A stretch of DNA of 64,000 nt from positions 682,001 through 746,000 of the forward strand of contig NW_027271190.1 in NCBI RefSeq assembly GCF_040938485.1, written 5' to 3'. The translations under genes were made by a program, and so were the position numbers. Source of the stretch: Diadema antillarum. Taxonomy: Eukaryota. The notes below the pieces were generated by a model that saw only the letters and a program-made list of their open reading frames with translations, made no database searches and was not told where the DNA came from. Shown piece after piece: positions 1-11,138 of this stretch; within the stretch, counting starts at the first letter, position 1, and each line of letters starts with the position of its first letter.

Positions 1-1553
1 TTCGCTTTCTTATTGATGCGTTTGTTTTGTTTTGTTCTGTTCTGTTTTAGCACAAACACACGACTTCATCTAACTTCACAGTTAAATGTATGCCCGGATA
101 AGACATTGTAACACCAACATCCGTAATCAAGCAGCCTGCCTAAGATATACCATAATGTTCTTACAATGAATATCACCAGTCAAGTGTCTATATGAACTGA
201 TTGTAATCTGTAAAACTCAGTACACCTCAAGAGCACAGTGTTAACACACAAAACTATCTTGAACTAAGGCTACTCCGCCAGTGGGGTCACCACTCTCGCT
301 CCTGAGTAAACCCCGGGATAGTCTCCGGCGGTTTTCGGCAGAAATTCAGACATGGGGTGAAATACAAAGAGACCCCTTAGCAACAGCTGACCCGACGCGA
401 CATCTGTGCGAAATTCTAGTCTAGGTTACTCCCTGATGGCTTACAAAATACTAGTAATGTCAAACCATAAAATGTATACAATGCGATGTACAAGTGTTCT
501 TCAAGATATAAATAATATATATGATTATATATGATTACATGCCATAATATGTATCATATATATTACATTTACGAGTACATATATATGAATATATGCATAT
601 ATATATATATATATATACTAGTACATATATAAGGGTAAGAAAATGTAAATGAAAGGTGAAGGATGGTGATGAGAAGAAGGAGGTACATTTTGAAATACTC
701 GAACCTCTCATCCAATATCAAACAATACGTTTTCTACACTACAAGTCCAGTATGTGTCTCATTTTGAAATATTATACGTGTATAGGTAGAATTCATGCAG
801 AAGACGAAGTATATAATACCAATTTCTATCCGAGGAAGACTTAGCTGCTATTGACTCTTGTGCTGGCGCATGAACCCGTCACGTCCTTTCCGAATTATTC
901 TCCTCAAATTATCGTCTTGCCATTATTATATTATTAGCAACACTGAATAATTGTTTCAATTAATACATTTTACAGGAGCAGACAATTTGAAAGAAAAGTC
1001 TTCAAAGAAATATTGGGGCTATATGAATGAACTTGATATTGATTTCCCCCGTCTTAAAATTGCACCACGCACTCTTCGAAACTATTGAAACTGGCAATGT
1101 ACTTTTTGACTCCGCTATGGTTGCATATTGTTTTCATTACGTAACACAAAAGGGGGCGCGTAACAGGTGCGCATCATTGTATATATATACGTGCCAAAAT
1201 ATCCCTTGCTTCTGCCAGTCCACGGCACTTCGTAAACTTTTGCCCTAGATATTCAACCTAAAGGAGGAACTTAATTTATCGAGCCAAAAAGCCTGTCTGT
1301 CGTGTAAATAGTACTGTGTCGCAGTTTACACCCCACGGTCCCATTAAGACCTCCTTCCGTTTAGAATATTCGTTACGAGTGAAAAAACAAAACAAAACAA
1401 AGACGAAACGAAACAAAGCAAAACTTTGTGAAGTTGGCTTTATAGGACTGGCTTGACGAAGGAATAGTCAAGTGATTATGCGGTCGTAATTATTGTGTTT
1501 CTTGATACTGACTTTAATTATATTCCAGTACCTTTTGTTGGATTAAAATGAAA

Positions 1554-1780
1554 TAATTGAATTGAACTGAATTGAATTGAATTGAATTGAATTGAATTAA
1601 ACTAAATTGAATTGAATTAAATTGAATTAAATTTAATTGAATTGAATTAAATTTAATTGAATTAAATTCAATTAAATGTAATGTAATTGAATTGAATTAG
1701 ATTAAATTGGATTGAATCAAATTAAATTGAAATTAACTGAATTGAACTGTATGGAACGGAACTGAACTGAACTGAATTAA
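1554..1780. repeat. (AATTG)n pentanucleotide microsatellite
   Basis: Degenerate ttgaa/ctgaa array. Confidence 0.9.
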
Positions 1781-3780
1781 ACATTGATACAATTGATACA
1801 TTGATATCAATAGATACAAAACATTATTAATACATCAGCAAAAATAGATTTCACGGTTGGATGAATTATCATCAGCCCCAAGAACTCTCATGATTCATTT
1901 CATTTCATTTCATTTGTTTCCATATTCAAATAATATAAAATTATTGCTAAGTAGAATTAACAATGTTATTTGTACAAGAAGATGGGTGTATTGTAAAGCA
2001 AATACAAACAATAGTATATATATATATATATATATATATATACGACACACCTGCAACTACAAGCACATATGAACCTACGTAATAATTTGATCTTCATGAC
2101 TCACTTTGAGTTGAAATAGCAGTAGCTAGTAACGAATATGGAGGGAACGTGCATAAAATTTAAAGTCCCTGTGAAATTTAAAGCAGCCAATTCGCGTCTT
2201 GAAAGATGTGTGAAGTGTAAGCATTGAAACTGTAACAGGCTAATCTGCTTTCGTTTTCATTTTCTACAAAGGATATAAGTGCACAAAGCATATCATGCAA
2301 AAAAAAAATAAAGCAGTATACATAATATTCTAAACATATCAAAACATAGTAATAACATACAATGAGTGAAACCGAGATGGCTGACTTTTTCATTTTACTA
2401 AATAATGTTGAAAATGGACAAATGGAGACAATGTTGAAAATGAAAATGATTTCATTGTGGCATGAGAAATTGTAAGCCATGTATATGCACGTAATCGCAT
2501 TATTGTGCAACGTTCTTGTAGAAAAACACTCCACCCAAACATGTTGAGTGCATTCAAAATCTTTCGACCATGTATACCCCATCGCGTTAAATCAGTATTA
2601 ATTGCTCTGTTTTCCGCTTTTTCCAATTTCTATCAGTATGCAACGTCTTTTGATTTACATATTTCTTCAGACACCTTTATGAAAAATTTAGAAGTCTTTG
2701 CGATATTTCAAGAGTAGAATACTATCGAATCTAACGTTCCTTACGTCGTGAGTCCCAGATTTATGATCAATACCTAACTCGCTTATCCGTACCTCTGTGA
2801 TAGACTTATCTGAATTACATCATCGTAATTCCATCATATTCATATTGTTGACTTGTTGACACTGTGAAGCATGCCTTTGAGCAGTCATCAGTCATCGGGA
2901 CCTACTTTTCGATGGCGTAGTTCTTTCATTTTTGAGATCTAGTTATGAAACAAATGGCGCGGAACAATCGCAATTAACCCAGCAATCAGCATTGTCAATA
3001 AATAGTTTGGTATTGAGTGAAAAGTGTGTGACGTCAGGTTTGACATTACACCATAAAGCGCACTAGAGCCCAAAGGTAAACAAGAGGAGCAATTACGAGC
3101 AATAGAAAGGAAGGTAAAGTTTGTGTTAAACTGAAAAAAAAAATCCATTAGCGATGTAAAGATCATCACGATACCATGGTCAATTGTGACGTCAACAAAT
3201 AATGTACTCGATTAAACAGATAATTTCGTCAAGGAGAAACTTGTTTTGATGAAACCAAACAAAATCAATGAAAGAAGATTTTATTGAAGATGTGGACATC
3301 AGAATTAATCCTATGTGTGCCAGTGAGTCAAATATGCACAAATTTTACACACATACCAATGGACAAATATCAATATGACACGCAGAGTCAAGAAAGTGAA
3401 GATAGTTGCTAATTTACCCATCCACTGAAGATTATTATAACGCAGGATTCCCCAAAGAGGTGTTTTAATCTCGTGCAAGTAGCACTGGTTTCTGAATAAA
3501 TCTTAAATGTAATGATAATAATCCTATCAATCTTTAATACATAATTACACGTGTTGCTCATGAACAGGAAAGCACAGCAAACGGAATACATTGCATCAGT
3601 TTTAGACATAATATTAAGTTTTTGCACATCGAACTGTTATTATCTTCCACCCCCCCCCCAAAAAAAAAAAATGGTCGCTTGACCATAGAACTAACTGTCT
3701 TTTTATATAAGGTTATTTGATAGGCAGGAGGTCAATGTTACTAGAGATAATCACCGCAACCTTTACGACTCAGTTGACCT

Positions 3781-4254
3781 TTAAAGGAGACCTCCGGATG
3801 ATTTTCAGATTTTTACATTTGACTGTTTGAACAACTATAAATTAGTTATACTGAGGACAGAGTTTCAGAATTTGTGATGATAAGGATGAAGAAAAAGAAT
3901 ATTTTCGAAATTTATAACAAATTGCAATGAATAAGGATAAGGGCATGGCAGTGTCACCATAAGAAAGCGTGAGTTGGGGCTCAATGAAGCAGCACAAAAG
4001 AAGAATGCATGCATGGATTATACATCGGTGAACTCGCAAGCAAGAGGTATCGTAATGGAATTATACTGCTACATTTCTGAAATATGTGAGCCTCCTATGT
4101 CATCATCCTTGCTCAGTGTAACTTGTTTAAGGGTTTCAAAATATGGTTTCTCTGCTCAAGAACCACGATAAATTCCACAAATCTACACATGGAGCTGTTG
4201 ATTTATGCACTACATGATGTGAAATTATGAAAATCGTCTGGAATGCCCCTTTAA
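3781..4254. mobile_element. TTAA-flanked MITE family A, copy 1 (Kolobok/T2-like)
   Basis: TTAA|AGGAGACCTCCGGATGATTTTCA...TGAAAATCGTCTGGAATGCCCCT|TTAA; imperfect 23-bp TIR; second copy at 39693-40160. Confidence 0.85.
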
Positions 4255-4504
4255 ACTGTCTGCTGCTCTCCTCGAAACTCGCAGTTTAAGATGTTATAAA
4301 ACTTGCGCTAACAAAAAGTACAGTATATAGGACCGATGAAAACGATAGTCACCATCGCCATCCAAGTTTTCTTCCATCGTCATGAGAGGATCGTGTGGGA
4401 GGATAAGGCTTTGGAATCTTAAAGAGATCCTGCTATCGAATTATGCCCAGAGGGAGTTCACCGAAGATAATATAGTTTCTCTTGAGATGTGGATCCAAAT
4501 TGTA

Positions 4505-4700
4505 ACCTTTTTTTTTTGCGAGATGATTAAAAACCTTTTATGGAATATTAAAGAGCATTCAATTCTAAGAGGAATTCAAGACTTATATGAAGAAAATCGG
4601 CTTTGGAATGGCTGAGATATGAAAAACAAAGTAAAACATAGTGTTCCTCATAAAAGGAACGTCCCACCTTTTATTAGGACCTCTTTGTTTTTGTCTATTA
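4505..4700. mobile_element. Degenerate fragment of MITE family B
   Basis: Shares gaggaattcaa...gaaaatcggctttggaatggctgagatat...cccaccttttatta with 26073/32515 copies. Confidence 0.6.
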
Positions 4701-5322
4701 GAGATTAGTCCATTTTCAGTACAGAAAATGATTGCCACTTCTGGTTTTCAATGGGGCCCTATTTTACAATAAATTAATTCACTCATAGAATACAGGGACT
4801 ATGATAATAGGAGGAAAATATAACAATAATAATAGTGCTTAAACCGGGTGAAGAAGAAAGTTGTATCTAGAGTATAAAACATTGATTTTGATTGTACGGA
4901 TGATTCTATTGCTGACAATTTTTTGAGATGATGACGATGGTTATTTTCTTTATTGATTTCGTTGTCAATATTTTCATTCAGGGGAATACACTAGAAGACG
5001 AGACTTGTCATGCCACCTTTTTTTGTACCTGTTACCTTTACACGATATTACAAACTCACCATTGTCTTTGCATACGAAAAAGGCAACGTCTAGACGTCAC
5101 ATAATCCTAGTTTCTTTTTTTTAACTTATATGACGTACTATTTTGCCTAAATATTTGATTAATCTTTTTTTCGAACAGAAAACGGACTTTTATATCTTGC
5201 AGACCTTGCGAAAGAGTTGCAGAATGAAAGAAATGAGAACGAGATGTGATGGTATCAGGAGTACTGCCTTAATTATCGTAATTTGATAGCTTTATTTTCA
5301 TTAGTAATAGTGATTTAGCAGT

Positions 5323-5410
5323 TATCATCATCATCAAGAATCATCATCAAAATCATCATCATCGTCATCATCGTCATCATCGTCATCATCGTCATCATCG
5401 TCATCAGCTT
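5323..5410. repeat. (ATC/GTC)n trinucleotide microsatellite
   Basis: atcatcgtc array just upstream of the 5440 acceptor. Confidence 0.85.
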
Positions 5411-5439
5411 CATCCTCCTCTCAATCTCATCCTCTACAG

Positions 5440-5598
5440 AACGCCACGCCGAGAATGCTGCCGCCGGCTCTGCGGAAGAAGCCGTCGAATGTGAACGCCC
5501 GCAACCACCTGGGCCTCACCCTACTCCACATCGCCGTCGAGGAGGACAATGTGGCGGAAGTTCGAGAGCTCCTGTCCCGGAAGGACATCGAGTTTGAC
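5440..5598 (+). CDS. TRPA-a exon (ankyrin; in-frame ATG at 5455)
   Basis: cctctacag acceptor; NATPRMLPP...LGLTLLHIAVEEDN...DIEFD|gtgaga; 3' junction matches TRPA-b exon 47017-47193. Confidence 0.85.
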
Positions 5599-8500
5599 GT
5601 GAGAGACAGAGCCATTAGCATCATCCCTACCATAATTATTATCAGTGTATTCTCTCTGTCGTCATTATCAATGTCACAAAGATACTTATGATTATAGTTA
5701 TGCTATTAATAATTACGACTGCTAATACTTCTACTACTCCTTCTATTACATGCACNNNNNNNNNNNNNNNNNNNNNNNNNNNNNNNNNNNNNNNNNNNNN
5801 NNNNNNNNNNNNNNNNNNNNNNNNNNNNNNNNNNNNNNNNNNNNNNNNNNNNNNNNNNNNNNNNNNNNNNNNNNNNNNNNNNNNNNNNNNNNNNNNNNNN
5901 NNNNNNNNNNNNNNNNNNNNNNNNNNNNNNNNNNNNNNNNNNNNNNNNNNNNNNNNNNNNNNNNNNNNNNNNNNNNNNNNNNNCAACTACTATTACTAGT
6001 ACAACTATTGCTACTATTTCTACTGCTATATACTACTGTTATAACCACCACCACTTTTCAGGCTGAAGACCGTCGCCATCGCACGCCCTTGCTGCTGGCC
6101 TGCGAGCGAGACCGGACGGAGATCGCCCACAAGCTCATCAAGCACAACGCCGACCTCACGGCGTGGGACGAGAACTTCAACACACCGCTCCATATCGTCA
6201 TCCGGAGGGACAACCTGGCCATCGCCGACGACATCCTGGAGAAAGCAAAGGCCACTGACCAGCTGAGAGACGTAAGGCAGACTCTGATCGGTTTAGAAAT
6301 CGGATGAATTACTAAGTCTGGTTCGTTTGTCTGTCTGTGTGTTTGTTTGTTTGTTTGTTTATTTGTTTCTTCTTTGTTTCTTTGTTTATTTGTATTCATT
6401 TTCCATCTGTACAATATGGCTTGGTGACCCATATTCAGCTGAAAATTTGGGAGGCAAAGGTTTTGTATCGAGATCTAACATTTAACACCAACTTCAATTT
6501 CTATATTTTTTGCATCTTTCATAATTACTGGAATATCTTGGATTATGTCCAAATATCATGAAACGTGTACCATTCCTGTACGTACTTTTTATCCTTTATC
6601 GTCAACCCCATTAATCTAAAATCTTAACATACATCCTTGCTTGACGATTGTCGACATTCCACTTTCCCCTTCGATGTTCATCTGTCTCTAAGCATGCACA
6701 CGCCGCCGACTGTCGAAACTCACATCGAGATGAATTTTAAAAGCCTTGTAAATACAGTGCATTTCCGTTATAACGAAGTCCTCGGGACCTGCGGTGTTCT
6801 TTCGTCATCGAAATTTCGTTGTAAACGAACAGTAAAGTGCATAAAGATAATGTGCATGATAATTTTGGGACCTGAATCTTTACTTTGTTGCAACGAGGAG
6901 AATTTCGTTATAACCGTGTTCTTTATAACGGGAGTGCACTGTAGAGATGCAAACTTCATTTTCCAAAGACGATAACTGGACTCACCAGGCTGTCAAAAAA
7001 AACCAGCAACAAACAAATAAACAAACAAACCAACAAACAATTTTGTCTACTCATTAGTGTTGGTTTAGCTTCGTGAGCTCATTAATGTCTCTTCACTTCT
7101 AAACTCTGTTCTATGTGCACGTTTGAGCAAGTCATAATTATGTCCACTTTGAGTTCGACCGATATTCATGAGCATTTTACTCTCGAAGAAAACACCCTGA
7201 CATCCGAACCAAAGTTTCCAGGAGGAAGCGGCTATTCAACCACAGTAGGAAATAATGTCACTGCTGAATTTTTTAGTGCCTTGTTTATTGTTGTCTTTAT
7301 TGGGGGGGGGGGTCGCTTTTGGCTTTGTTGTTGTGGTTGTTGTTGTTGTTGTTGCTGCTGCTGCTGCTGCTGATGCTGCTGATGCTGTTGTTGTTTGGGG
7401 TGATGGAGTAGTTTAAACAGTTACTTTGCCATGTTCGATTTATTCGTCATCCAGTTGTTGGCATCCTGGAATTGGAACTGGGTGGCTCCTATCCACGATG
7501 CAGTGAGAGCCGGAAAAACCGAGTTTGTCCGCAAATGTTTGGATGAAGGCAAGTCCATGATGATTATAGAGCTAGAGACATTACGTGGATGTAAGGCAGT
7601 CACATTGCTGGTACCAATTAATTGTGACGTCAAAGGGAAGATGACACTCGGTCAATATGATTATGACAGATTGAAAAGAAAGGAAAGATGTCACGATATG
7701 TGATCTATGCAAGCTTATGCATTTTACGCAGGAGTTTGTTGAAAGCATTGAGTCTAACTATCTGTCAGATTTTATATGGATATTTTCTGCAAATGTTGTA
7801 CTTGAACTTTATTAGGTTAATGGGATTCGCCATTACACGCTTAATTTCATCTACCTAGCGCAGCTTTAATCTCTAAGGTATGCCCTGGCGTGGAAAATTA
7901 ATCATTAGAATGGATCGTTGTTTGTTTGCATTATCCAGCGCAAACACGGACATAATCGCGAGAATAATAACTGTGACCTCGATACGCATTCAGTGATTGC
8001 GACAAAGATGACTAAATAGATGGCAAACGTCACTTATATTTATTTTTCTCTGAGCTTTTTCTTCTTTAAATGAAACTCCGTGTCGCGTTGAAAACGACCT
8101 CTGCAATCACTTATAAAATCACAGACAAGATGGCAGATTACAACTGATTAACAAATTGCCTGGTACATCGACGTAAATGTGCACTGAATAAGCACTGTAA
8201 TTTCATGAATTTGAAGATGGCAGATGTTTCATCTAAATCAGACATGATTTAAGACAGGTATGACTAGGAATGAAACACGTTTTCACAGTTTTCCGTGCTA
8301 TCAGTCTAATTACTTATGCAAAGCAGATTATGTAATGATTTCATCACCTCACTATTATTCCCTTTACACGCAAGTTTGACTACATTTCCTCAGTCGGTCG
8401 TTATTGTTGAAATAAATTCCAAAAATTGGACCGTACCTTTTGCCTTTATTGTGATTGCGTAATCTTGAATTTAAAGGGGAGAGAGTTGTTATCATGTCGT

Positions 8501-11101
8501 CGCTATATTTTCATGATCATTACATATTGTCAATCACAATTTTACGTTTTAATCACTTACCTATATCAACTTTCAGATTTCAGAAATATCAAATAGCTTT
8601 GTTCAGTTAACTTTATGTTCCATTTATGAATGAAAAAAGAAATGCAGAAATAAAACCCATAAATCAAGCAATACCATTCTACAGTATACAGACCATTGGG
8701 AGAGTTTTATGGCCATAACATAATCAGATATTTGCGACAGTTTGCGTTTAGTATCACTGTTTCGTCGAATCTCTTGAAACTAATCTGATATCCGATTTGT
8801 ATGAAACCTAGCATATCTTCAACGTCCGTTGCAACTATCGCCATTCCCACTGTCGTTTGTAGAACCACGTACGGCTGACAGTCATGTTGCTAACGATACT
8901 CTTTTGTGTAAAAATAACCCAACAGCCCTCCAAGCCGAGCAACGACAACAGCGAGCCAGGGAGAAACGGGGAGAGGATGTCGAGGACAAGGTCGAAACCA
9001 GCATCGTGGACCTCCCCGGTGAAGACGACAACAGTCTGCTCCACATCGCGGCCACTCTCGGTAATCTCGACATGGTTCGTCTGCTCGTCGAAAAAGGTGC
9101 CAAAGTCGACAGCACCAATTCCAACCTGCGGACTCCGCTGCACAGCGCATGCGCGCAAAACCACAGCGAGGTTGTAGAGTATCTTGTGCAGAAGTGAGTA
9201 CCATTTAAAGTATTTGTAACAGCAGATTGTTCGGTGATTAGTTTTTGTTCGAGCAACACTTGAACCTTTGTGGAACTAACCAACAAAAGCTGAGATTGTC
9301 TTAACAAGATCTTCAAGAATTAAAATGGTTGAATTAAGAATGAAATGAAATGCCACCGGGTTAAGAGCTCTCTCTTTCACAATGCAGTCATTGTTTTGAG
9401 ACTCAAAAACTCAAAGAACATAAAAAATAAATTTTAGCGAATTGTATTTGATGTTTTTATTTCCACATGACAAAACCGGCAGAAGAGCAAGCTGATACAT
9501 CTCATCCGCCACCATGGCAACATGCAGCATCTATAAATGTTATCATTTGGTAGAAATTACTCTTTGAAATCAGACAGATGAAATACACGTTAAACATTAT
9601 CCCAATGATATCTCCTTCACGTAAAATATGACGGAACGTCACTCATGTATGTCTACGAGTACAACTGAAAATCCTTTGATGATTGCACGATGACAAAAGT
9701 CAGAATTTCCCCCACTTTAAAGAAGCAGAATGTTCTTACATTTCAGTTTTAATACACTAATAGTACTTAAAGAAAATGTCTGGTATATTTGATACTTGCA
9801 CATTTATAATGTAGACTCTTCGCACCACCCCCACCCCCCCCCACACACACACTCACATGCATACATGGGTACGTTGCCTCGCAATACAAGGACTCGGTAT
9901 TCAGACACAATGTTACTGTTTGTCCTGTAATCAAAAACGTGATTCTAGGGGAGCTAGTCTCGAACAACGAGACGCGGACTACCTGACCGCTCTGCAGATC
10001 GCAGCTAACGCCGAAAGCTTCAACGTCGTCATCGCGCTGCTCGACCGCATCTACAACGTCAACACGAAGGAGGACTTCGAAACGGTGACCACTGAAAGCG
10101 GCGTTGGAGCAAGCAAAGTTGGAGGAAGTGGCGGTGGAGGAAGCGGCATGGGTGGAAGCGGCCTTGGTGATAGTGGGGTTGGTGGAAGCGGAGTCGGTGG
10201 AAGCGGTATTGGTGGAAGCGGTGTTGGTGGAAGCGGTGTTGGTGGAAGCAGCGTTGCCGGAAGCATCGTTGGCGGAAGCAGCATCAGCGGCGGGAGCGAC
10301 GGCGATGAAACCGCGGGCCAAGCCGCTGCTGCTGAATCAAGCGACCTGAGTGCGATTGCTGAAGAGGGAAGCGAGAAATTGCTCGACGCTGAGCAAGTCG
10401 TCAATGAAAGTACCGACGGGAAGTCCGACGAAAAAGTGAATGACAGCGCCGCGGCGTACGTCGGTCCGGTTGTAGAAACTGAACGCGAGACAGGTGCGCA
10501 GATCGACGAGGGAGCGCTAGCTGAATTCATCGAGTGGGTTGTCACAGAGAACAAGGCTAAAGTCCTGAAGGTAAACCTGAATATAAAGTTGAAAAAGACT
10601 TCTTATATTAGATGAAAATATGGAAGACCCTATCGCCGTGAATAGCTGGAAATAGTGAAGGAAATATCATAAGATGTTGAGTTTTGATGACCCCATGGAG
10701 TGCCTCAATGTACACCTTCTACCATAGTTTTAAAGCTGTAAGCAAACTCATTTATTACAGGCCATGTAATATCTTTCTTTCTCATATTCAATAAATTGCA
10801 CTAGAACTATACTCGATCATTTGTTTTATTCCTTTCAGCTCCTTTTGCGCTACCGGTCCAAGCTAGATGACGTCATGGATCAAGATATCGACTGCTATAT
10901 GATGCATGCTGCCAGGAACGGGCACACAGAGTGAGTGGACCCCGCCCACCTTGCGGGATTCCCCTATTTCTGTATGTCTTACCGGTATCTTTTTATGTAT
11001 TAGTAGGGACAATGATGAATAACTAAGTAGGCCTATACCAATTAGACAGACATGCAGAAGATAGACAGATAGCAAGATAGACCGATTGATTGATTGATTT
11101 G

Positions 11102-11138
<37 letters not shown>

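Noticed and set aside
5203-5251. Candidate upstream coding exon of TRPA-a (ttgcag|accttgcg...gatg|gtatca)
   Set aside because: The only open frame ends in phase 1, incompatible with the phase-0 exon at 5440; could at most be UTR.
6058-10554. Minus-strand ORFs overlapping TRPA-a exons (6058-6432, 8835-9164, 8882-9316, 9767-10321, Pro-rich 10051-10554)
   Set aside because: Antisense shadows of GC-rich coding exons and of the GGSG repeat; no independent splice or homology evidence.
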